IMG/VR virus record: IMGVR_UViG_3300017658_000239
Location: 1-26,432 of that record
Length of the DNA stretch: 26,432 nucleotides
Source: a virus
Lineage: Duplodnaviria > Caudoviricetes
Direction: 5' to 3' (one strand)
The notes beneath the pieces were generated by a model. That model was not told where the DNA came from and ran no database searches. It was given only the letters and a program-made list of their open reading frames with translations. Below, piece by piece: positions 8,598 to 14,657 of this stretch (position 1 is its first letter; every line of letters begins with the position of its first letter). The position numbers and the translations under genes are program-made.

Positions 8598-9531
8598 CGG
8601 GGTTCTCCTTCGGGGTGATACGGAGCGAGCGCGACTTCACAGGCTGGCCGTTCAGGCCAGTCCGCACGGACGTGCGCGCCGAGATATTCCAGTTCGCGGT
8701 GAAGCCAGCCTCGGAAGAGCCGAGGGCATGCAGAATGCGGGGGCGCGTCTCGTCGATGGCTTTGCCGGTAGCGGCATGACGCTCACGAACGTCGACGAAG
8801 TAGCCAGCTAAATCGTCGAGCCCGCCGACGCCGGTCAGGTCCTTCCGGTCCGGCATGCTGTCCCGGTAGACCTCGGCAATGGCCGCACCGTCCCGGTTCC
8901 AATCGATGCTGGGCTCGATGCCCTCGTCGACCATTCGCCAGAACTCGCGGACCTCGCGGCGCAAGCGGTGCATGACGCGCTCGTTGAGCGGGACGTCGAC
9001 GATCTGCAGGTCGATGCCGCGGCCGATGACCATGACGGCCACGCAAGCCCAAGCGGCGCCGGTGGCGGTCGCTTCCACGATCGCCTGCACGGCAATCCAG
9101 AGCGGCAACAGGATCTCGCCCGTCTCGGCGTCAATCCATTCGCGCCGAAACTTGTCGTCGGCGACGGTCTTCACCTGGATGATGCCGGTTCCGAAGATGT
9201 CCGGACGTGTCGCGAATGCGTCCGGCGTGGCGCCGATGCGGTCCTCGACCATGCGGTAGTAGGCGTTGTCGCGGTGATATTCGATCTGCCAGTCCGGGCG
9301 ATCCTCGCGCAGCATCTCGATTACGACCGGCTCAAGCAGGCGTCCGCGGCGCAGGACCGGGTTGTCAGCATCGTCGGACGCGACACGGCCGGACTTCTCC
9401 GCCCACAGGCCATAGGCCGTGGTGTAAGGGTGGACGCCGAGCAATGCGCCGGCAACCGAGGCGGTCACGTCCTGTTTGCGCGCGGCGAGCCACGCGGTGC
9501 GGTCGGCGGGGCGGATGATCTGGACCGACAT
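8584..9531 (-). CDS. YqaJ/lambda-exonuclease family protein
   Basis: WLAARKQDVTAS, TAYGLWAEKSG, RRGRLLEP, GATPDA, IIQVKT (QxK variant of PD-ExK). Confidence 0.9.
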   Translation of the reverse strand: MSVQIIRPADRTAWLAARKQDVTASVAGALLGVHPYTTAYGLWAEKSGRVASDDADNPVLRRGRLLEPVVIEMLREDRPDWQIEYHRDNAYYRMVEDRIGATPDAFATRPDIFGTGIIQVKTVADDKFRREWIDAETGEILLPLWIAVQAIVEATATGAAWACVAVMVIGRGIDLQIVDVPLNERVMHRLRREVREFWRMVDEGIEPSIDWNRDGAAIAEVYRDSMPDRKDLTGVGGLDDLAGYFVDVRERHAATGKAIDETRPRILHALGSSEAGFTANWNISARTSVRTGLNGQPVKSRSLRITPKENPDARF

Positions 9532-10127
9532 TAGTCGATCCCTTCCGCACAGTGCCGCGAACGAGGATCGAAGCGAGCCGAATGCCAGTTCTGTGCATTT
9601 TCCTGGATGCGCTTTCGCGCGCGGCTATCAAGCAATACCCCCGACAATGACCCGATCAGTAGTGATAAGTCTTTGTCTCGGTAACCTTTCCTTCGCCACT
9701 GGCTAATGATCGGGGCAGAGCATGACGAACAGAGAACGTCAGGGCCTTGGTATAGCTCTCCATTTTCGCGGTCAAGAAATACGACAAGTTTAGGGGCAAG
9801 AAATATCTGCCATTCTACATGCAGGCGATATTGGTTGGTTTTATGAAGCCTGCCACATACACAGCACATAACTAGGCGTCGATACGCAATCGCATCAATA
9901 CATTCATACGCTAAGTAGAGTTGCCCCGCTTTCCCTTGAACAAATGCGCAGTAGAACGCATCGGGGACTGCCTCCCTGACCTCAAGACTGCCCCGGTGGC
10001 CCTCGCTGTAAAAGTCGTCGAGTTCCGTAAAAATCTGCTCACTGTCCAAATGGACGAAACGAGGGTCCTGGATGAGGACAGAGTGCATTTCTTGCCGGGT
10101 GAGGATGGCGTTGTCAGGGAGGCGCAT
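9531..10127 (-). CDS. Low-GC hypothetical protein with two CxxC motifs
   Basis: 198 aa with CCVC and CSSC. Hand-counted GC is 29/60 (9721-9780) and 26/60 (9781-9840), clearly below the flanks. Confidence 0.7.
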   Translation of the reverse strand: MRLPDNAILTRQEMHSVLIQDPRFVHLDSEQIFTELDDFYSEGHRGSLEVREAVPDAFYCAFVQGKAGQLYLAYECIDAIAYRRLVMCCVCGRLHKTNQYRLHVEWQIFLAPKLVVFLDRENGELYQGPDVLCSSCSAPIISQWRRKGYRDKDLSLLIGSLSGVLLDSRARKRIQENAQNWHSARFDPRSRHCAEGID

Positions 10128-10129
10128 CG

Positions 10130-10399
10130 TCAGGCTCCGAGCGCCAGAGGCGAGCCGAGAGCCGTCTGACCGGCTGTATCCAGACTGCCAGGAGAGGCCT
10201 GCCGCAGGTGGCGCTGTACCTCGAGTTCCATTCGGACCGTCTCAACGATACCCGTCGCTAGCTTTGCGACCGCATTTGCGCGCGTCGGGTTCGACGTGCC
10301 GTTCCTGATGGCGTCGATCTCGTCGAATATTGCATCACGAAGGCCGGCGCTGGTCCGATTGACGGGAGATGCTGTAACTTCTGTCGGCTTTTTCGCCAT
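10130..10399 (-). CDS. Small helical phage protein
   Basis: Likely ATG at 10399 (GAAGGA/TAGGA upstream). LRDAIFDEIDAIRNG...ANAVAKLATGIVETVRMELE. Confidence 0.75.
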   Translation of the reverse strand: MAKKPTEVTASPVNRTSAGLRDAIFDEIDAIRNGTSNPTRANAVAKLATGIVETVRMELEVQRHLRQASPGSLDTAGQTALGSPLALGA

Positions 10400-10480
10400 T
10401 GTCCTAAGTCCTTCTATCGCCGCTTGAGTTGAGGCCGATGTGGTGGGCGAGGTCACAGGCCTGACCCGTATCCCGGGTGT

Positions 10481-10735
10481 TCAGATCGATGTCGGATGGC
10501 TGACTGGCGCACCCGGCTGTCGGCTCTCGATCAGCGCAAACAGCCGGTCGAAGTTGGCGTCGGGCATGCGGAGCACTTCGCGGAACGGGTTCTCGACGAA
10601 GGCCGCAAGTTGCATCCGTTCGGATGCTTCCGGCTCGCCCCAGTTCTCGTCGATCACGCCGGCGGCGCGCAGGTCGTCGACCTCGATGCTGGTCAGGATG
10701 CGCAGGGCGTTGTGGAAACGGCTGGCCGGGGTCAT
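10481..10735 (-). CDS. Hypothetical protein (84 aa)
   Basis: ATG at 10735 with TGATG coupling. MTPASRFHNALRILTSIE...FDRLFALIESRQP. The longer track ORF would cross the PL promoter. Confidence 0.7.
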   Translation of the reverse strand: MTPASRFHNALRILTSIEVDDLRAAGVIDENWGEPEASERMQLAAFVENPFREVLRMPDANFDRLFALIESRQPGAPVSHPTSI

Positions 10736-10881
10736 CAGCGCACCCACGCCATCATGCTCATGGCCGCCAGCGTGATGACCGGCGGCAGCACGAAGACCAC
10801 GATCAGGCACTTCGCGAATTCGCTGATCATGCCGCCGAGGGCATCGATGAACTCGTCGCGTTCCGGCGTTGGCTGGGGCAT
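10735..10881 (-). CDS. Small putative membrane protein (48 aa), first gene of the PL operon
   Basis: AAAGGAG SD. MPQPTPERDEFIDALGGMISEFAKCLIVVFVLPPVITLAAMSMMAWVR, with a hydrophobic C-terminal helix. Confidence 0.75.
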   Translation of the reverse strand: MPQPTPERDEFIDALGGMISEFAKCLIVVFVLPPVITLAAMSMMAWVR

Positions 10882-10899
10882 CGGATATCTCCTTTGCCA

Positions 10900-10973
10900 C
10901 GGATATTATGCGCAAACGGATTTCCGTCAAGCAAAAAAATGCGCAAACGGATTTTTGATTATGCGCATAATCA
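10900..10973 (-). promoter_or_regulatory. PL promoter with OL operators
   Basis: Minus strand reads CTTGAC-N17-TAATAT. ATGCGCAAACGGAT occurs at 10908-10921 and 10939-10952. Perfect 18-bp palindrome TGATTATGCGCATAATCA at 10956-10973. Confidence 0.85.
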
Positions 10974-11238
10974 GGCCTGCTCGCGCGCGGAAACGCCGAA
11001 TCTCGACCGTTGGAGTTTGTTTGAGACGTTGGAGACGGCATGAGCCGTAGCGCTAGCTACGGCGAACATGCCGCGCGACATCAACGTTGGAGGTTGAGTA
11101 CTACCTCTACGGAATCACCAAGTACGTCTAACGTAGAGCTCTATGTTTGGAGATTATCCAATCCGCGCAGGCGCACCATGCGAGAGCGCGCGCGGGTAGA
11201 CCGCGCGCTCACTGTCGTCAAGCCGAATCATTCGACAG

Positions 11239-11258
11239 GTTCGCAGTTCGTTCTTGAC
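11239..11258 (+). promoter_or_regulatory. Candidate alphaproteobacterial LexA box abutting a -35 element
   Basis: GTTC-GCAGTTC-GTTC at 11239-11253 overlaps CTTGAC at 11253-11258. No strong -10 is seen at canonical spacing. Confidence 0.6.
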
Positions 11259-11307
11259 TCTTTCGCTGAAGGAAGCTTTTCCTATTTCTCGCGAAAGGGC
11301 AGCGGGA

Positions 11308-11547
11308 ATGGCGATCAATCATCAAATTCGACCGAAATATCTATCCCGAAATGACGAGATCATTGCGCGACTGCGAGAATCGGCCGGCGCGGCTGCGCCA
11401 CTGGATCAGAAGATGGTTGTGAAACGAAAGGCGGCCGAACTCTCTACCGCGATGGCTCTACTTCACGGCGGAGATTGGCGGGTTGAGATTGATCATGATG
11501 ACGGCTTCGTAGTGGTTCGGCGCCGTTCGCGGCCAGAGCAGATTTGA
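11308..11547 (+). CDS. Small protein convergent with the repressor (candidate antirepressor)
   Basis: 79 aa from the ATG at 11308, MAINHQIRPK...RKAAELSTAMALLHGGDWRVEIDHDDGFVVVRRR. Overlaps the repressor 3' end by 104 nt. The function is inferred. Confidence 0.6.
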   Translation: MAINHQIRPKYLSRNDEIIARLRESAGAAAPLDQKMVVKRKAAELSTAMALLHGGDWRVEIDHDDGFVVVRRRSRPEQI

Positions 11548-11830
11548 TGTTCTTGATCAGAAATCGAACATCTTCGTCGGTCAGGCCGGATATCCTTGAA
11601 AAGAAATATTCGACTTCGGCTTCTTCCCGGACCGGCTGATCTTTAGGCACATCACCAACGATAGTTTCGTAAATCCCGTTGATGATGTCCCTGTTGGGGC
11701 CTTCAGGCTCCGCTGTGCCCGTATACCAACGATGCACGGTTGATTGCGACACGCCAATCCGACGCGCGAGCTCGCCCTGGTTCTCGCCCCCAAGCCGCAT
11801 AATCTCGCGAATTTTATCCTGCATATTCAT
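11444..11830 (-). CDS. XRE-family phage repressor (CI-like, no S24 peptidase domain)
   Basis: NQGELARRIGVSQSTVHRWYTGTAEP HTH. Divergent from cro. Only 128 aa. Confidence 0.88.
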   Translation of the reverse strand: MNMQDKIREIMRLGGENQGELARRIGVSQSTVHRWYTGTAEPEGPNRDIINGIYETIVGDVPKDQPVREEAEVEYFFSRISGLTDEDVRFLIKNIKSALAANGAEPLRSRHHDQSQPANLRREVEPSR

Positions 11831-11839
11831 GGTGCCGGG

Positions 11840-11923
11840 ACGCTAAATCCGTCGGCGGATGTCAGCAAATCCGATCACGGATAAATATCCGCTTGACGGA
11901 AATCCGTTTGCGCATAATATCCG
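11840..11923. promoter_or_regulatory. PRM/PR divergent promoters with three OR operators
   Basis: PR on +: CTTGAC 11892-11897, N17, TAATAT 11915-11920. PRM on -: TTGCTG 11868-11863, N17, TAGCGT 11845-11840. Operators: ATCCG-TCGG-CGGAT 11847-11860, ATCCG-ATCA-CGGAT 11869-11882, ATCCG-TTTG-CGCAT 11902-11915. Confidence 0.85.
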
Positions 11924-11927
11924 CACC

Positions 11928-12155
11928 ATGACTGCAATTCGCCATATTCGCAAAACGGTCTTCGGTGTGAACCAAGCCGAGTTCGCCGCAATAGCAGGCG
12001 TAGCCCAGGCAACGGTTTCGCGCTGGGAGAATGGCGTCTCTCTCTCTCTCGACGAGATGAAGGCCATCCGTGATGCCGCGAAAGAGCGCGGCATTGAGTG
12101 GCATGACCGTTGGTTCTTTGAGGCCCCTGCTACAGCGGAAGGGGACCAATCATGA
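11928..12155 (+). CDS. Cro-like XRE HTH regulator
   Basis: MTAIRHIRKTVFGVNQAEFAAIAGVAQATVSRWENG, 75 aa. The ATG lies 7 nt after the PR -10 with no SD, so the mRNA is likely leaderless. Confidence 0.88.
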   Translation: MTAIRHIRKTVFGVNQAEFAAIAGVAQATVSRWENGVSLSLDEMKAIRDAAKERGIEWHDRWFFEAPATAEGDQS

Positions 12156-12370
12156 TATCGCGCATCCTCCCATGCGCCGTGGTGGGCCACGTATTCGGTT
12201 CTGCGTCCGTGGCCCACCTTCCCGTTTCCGTCTCATCGCTCGTCTCCGTTGATCGCGTGTCCAGCGCTGATCAGGAGAATGGCGATGTTCGATTCCAAAA
12301 ACATGGAATCTTGCTCCACGGGGGTGGATTCATGCTCCAGGGCGAGAAGGGCGGTGCGCATCATGTCTAG
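12152..12370 (+). CDS. Possible hypothetical protein
   Basis: ATGA-coupled to cro with a GAAGGGGA SD, but has low-complexity composition and overlaps the next gene. Confidence 0.35.
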   Translation: MISRILPCAVVGHVFGSASVAHLPVSVSSLVSVDRVSSADQENGDVRFQKHGILLHGGGFMLQGEKGGAHHV

Positions 12371-12731
12371 CGTAGCCATCGCCCATGGCTTGACGCGTGA
12401 CGTCGGCGATCTGCTGGCGCCATCGTCATCGGGCAAGATCAAGCTTGATCTCATCTATCGCGAATTGTCGAAGCGATTGCCTCGCATCAGCCGGCGCCGT
12501 GTGCGAGCGCTGTTCTTTGGTGAGGCCGCCCGCGTCGATTACGAGGAAATGCACGCGCTCAAGGAGTTGCGGGCCGAAGAGGAAGCACGTCGTGCCAAGC
12601 TTAAACTCGCCGCCACGGCGAACCTTCTGGCAGCGCATCTTGCCGCGGAAGGCGCGCCGCTGGATAGCCACCAAATCAGCGCTCTCTGCCGCATCGCTGG
12701 CACTCTGGGTGTATCCGGAGCTGCCGAATGA
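12285..12731 (+). CDS. CII-position DNA-binding regulator (putative)
   Basis: AGGAG SD before the ATG at 12285 (alternative ATG at 12364 is out of frame-checked range, start uncertain). ISRRRVRALFFGEAARVDYEEM is an HTH-like segment. Located after cro. Confidence 0.65.
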   Translation: MFDSKNMESCSTGVDSCSRARRAVRIMSSVAIAHGLTRDVGDLLAPSSSGKIKLDLIYRELSKRLPRISRRRVRALFFGEAARVDYEEMHALKELRAEEEARRAKLKLAATANLLAAHLAAEGAPLDSHQISALCRIAGTLGVSGAAE

Positions 12732-13285
12732 CCCAGCCAACGAAACCATGGCAGGACAGGACGCCAGCGGAGAAGCTGGAAGCCGTCAGGGTCCATATTC
12801 TAGCGGGCACCGCGTACCAGGCGGTTGCGGACGCCCTTGGCGCCCCAAGTAAAGGCAGCATCGCCAGCGTCGTCACCAGGCTGCGAGAGTTGGGCGCGCT
12901 GCCACCGGCGCCGACGAAAGAGCAGGTAGGCGCGATCAATGGCGCCATATCCAGCGTCACCGCCAAGGTTCGGCGCCTCCATGCCGATCACCTGCACGTC
13001 GGCAACATCGCCAACAAGGCCGAGAGCCGCAAAGCCGATCCGGAACTGAAGGTCCAGCGCGCGCTCGCGTTTGATCCTCTCCCCGGTGTCGAGCCGGTGC
13101 CGTTCGTTCCGAACACAGGCTGCAAGTGGCCGGTCGACGGCATCGAAGGCAACGGCCTGCTCGTATGCGGCGCGCCGCGCGACGGCCGCACCTACTGCGA
13201 GGCCCACAAGCGCCTTGCCTATCTCCCTCCCCCGATCCGCATCCGCAACAGAACCGCCGTTCGGGCGGTGGAAAGGCTGCACTGA
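12728..13285 (+). CDS. GcrA-family cell-cycle regulator-like protein
   Basis: N-terminal HTH YQAVADALGAPSKGSIASVVTRL and C-terminal CKWPV...CGAP...YCEAHKRLAY, matching the GcrA CxWP...CG...YCxxH...AY signature. Confidence 0.88.
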   Translation: MTQPTKPWQDRTPAEKLEAVRVHILAGTAYQAVADALGAPSKGSIASVVTRLRELGALPPAPTKEQVGAINGAISSVTAKVRRLHADHLHVGNIANKAESRKADPELKVQRALAFDPLPGVEPVPFVPNTGCKWPVDGIEGNGLLVCGAPRDGRTYCEAHKRLAYLPPPIRIRNRTAVRAVERLH

Positions 13286-13286
13286 C

Positions 13287-13790
13287 ATGGCCCGCGTTCT
13301 TGAAGGCAGAAACCGTGCGACCGCCGACGAGGCGGCCAGCTTCGTCGACGAGTTCGACCGGCTGGAACAGGAACGCGAGCGCAAGCTCGACGAGATCGAC
13401 GCTGAATTCAAGGCGAAGAAGCGCGAGGTCAACGCGAAGATCAACGCCGACCAGAAGAGCCTGCTCACCGATGCCAAGAAGGTCGGCGTGAAGAAGGGCG
13501 TCATTCGCGCGCTCGCCGATCCGCAGAAGCGCCGCCGCAAGGCCCAGGAAGACCTGGAGCGCGCCAACGAGAAGGCCGACGAGGCGATCACCGCGCTCGA
13601 GGCCGAGGATCAGGACTTCGCGAAGGATATCCGCAAGGCACTCGGCGACGACTTCGCCGGCCTGCCGCTCGGCCAGGCGGCCGTTGAGCGCGAGGAAGCG
13701 GAACCGAAGCAGGATCCTGCCACTGCGGCCATCGTCGATGCCTTCGCCAAGGGCGAGGCCAAGAAGGCGGCCAAGGCCGCGAAGCACTGA
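13287..13790 (+). CDS. GapR (DUF2312)-like nucleoid-associated protein (putative)
   Basis: SFVDEFDRLEQER...INADQKSLLTDAKKVGVKKGVIRAL resembles the GapR helices (IERxERLEEEK...DIKxxYAEAKxxGFDxKxLR) with an insertion. ATG at 13287. Confidence 0.55.
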   Translation: MARVLEGRNRATADEAASFVDEFDRLEQERERKLDEIDAEFKAKKREVNAKINADQKSLLTDAKKVGVKKGVIRALADPQKRRRKAQEDLERANEKADEAITALEAEDQDFAKDIRKALGDDFAGLPLGQAAVEREEAEPKQDPATAAIVDAFAKGEAKKAAKAAKH

Positions 13791-13930
13791 ATCCCGAGGC
13801 AACGAGCGGTTGCCGGTGACTCGTCCAGGCTGAAAGGACGGCGGAACCGGACGCGGGCCAGCCCAAGCGGGATGAGGCTGGGATCGAACGCCTGATCGAA
13901 ACAAGCGTGACAGCTCGGAGAGACGGCACC
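13791..13930 (+). ncRNA. Candidate structured intergenic RNA
   Basis: 157-nt gap in an otherwise overlapping operon, with multiple complementary stems and two possible loop pairings (see findings). Confidence 0.5.
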
Positions 13931-13947
13931 CTAACGAGGAGCTTCCG

Positions 13948-14553
13948 ATGCTTGTTTTGGGATTGGACATAGCCACGTCCACCGGCGTGTGTTGGATGGA
14001 CACTGCCTTGCCACCATCGCAGTGGCGCTGCCTTGCGATTGAATCGGAAGGTGAGTTTCAGGAGGACAGGACGGGCGACCTCGCCCTTTACCTCAACGAG
14101 GAGTTCGCGATCCGTCGCCCCGATTTCGTGGCCATCGAGATGCCGCGCCGCGACGTCGCCGCCCATCCCAAGCAGGTGTTCGATCCGAAGACCGGCAAGA
14201 TGAAGACCATCCACACGGTCAACGCGGACCAGCTCTTGCTGCCGGCGCTGGCCGCCGCCGCCGCTTCGGTATGCGACCTCGCCGGCGTGCCATGGGGCTG
14301 CGTCCACCAGAAGACGTGGCGGTCGATCTACTTCGGCAAGGGCTTCAAGCCGGCCGGCGACGACTGGAAAGCCCCAGCAATCGATGCGGCGCTCCAGCAG
14401 GATATACCGCTGCCGGAGACGAAGAAGGCGCAGCGGGACGCCGCCGAAGCGGTCGGGATCGCCGCCGCATGGTTCAAGTGCTCGCAGGTCCCCGCCCGTC
14501 ACCATAAGGCCTTCGTCCAGTTGCAGGCCCTTCACCGGAGGGTCGCAGCATGA
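13948..14553 (+). CDS. RuvC-like Holliday junction resolvase (phage type)
   Basis: LVLGLDIATSTG, FVAIEMP, KTWR...FGKG, RDAAEAVGIA. GAGGAG SD. Confidence 0.8.
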   Translation: MLVLGLDIATSTGVCWMDTALPPSQWRCLAIESEGEFQEDRTGDLALYLNEEFAIRRPDFVAIEMPRRDVAAHPKQVFDPKTGKMKTIHTVNADQLLLPALAAAAASVCDLAGVPWGCVHQKTWRSIYFGKGFKPAGDDWKAPAIDAALQQDIPLPETKKAQRDAAEAVGIAAAWFKCSQVPARHHKAFVQLQALHRRVAA

Positions 14554-14657
14554 ACAGTCGGCCAATCCACTCGCTATTCTGCGCCTTCGCCATCGGGGTT
14601 CTGATCGCCTCGATCACCGTTGTGATCTTCGCCACGGTCGGAGGCTTCGGGCCATGA
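14550..14657 (+). CDS. Small single-TM peptide (35 aa), absent from the ORF track
   Basis: ATGA-coupled at both ends with a GGAGG SD. MNSRPIHSLFCAFAIGVLIASITVVIFATVGGFGP. Confidence 0.7.
   Translation: MNSRPIHSLFCAFAIGVLIASITVVIFATVGGFGP

Noticed and set aside
7347-8618. Long antisense ORFs (e.g. 7347-8618 +, 12957-14003 -, 18649-20187 -, 20242-21513 -)
   Set aside because: They are shadow frames of well-supported genes in high-GC DNA, with no recognisable motifs or SD context.
11154-11162. DnaA box-like TTATCCAAT
   Set aside because: Two mismatches to TTATCCACA and isolated, so expected by chance.
11040-11354. 104-aa ORF in the immunity region
   Set aside because: Ser/Thr/Arg-rich with no motif, and it spans hairpins, repeats and the LexA-type box. 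More likely non-coding, though not excluded.
11887-11901. Fourth OR operator ATCCG-CTTGA-CGGAA
   Set aside because: It has a 5-bp spacer and a mismatch, and is out of phase with the three N4 operators. At most a weak site.
13791-13930. Hammerhead ribozyme, tRNA or intrinsic terminator identity for the intergenic structure
   Set aside because: CTGAAAG and CTGATCG do not match CUGANGA. There is no T-loop GTTCRA or cloverleaf, and no poly-U tail.
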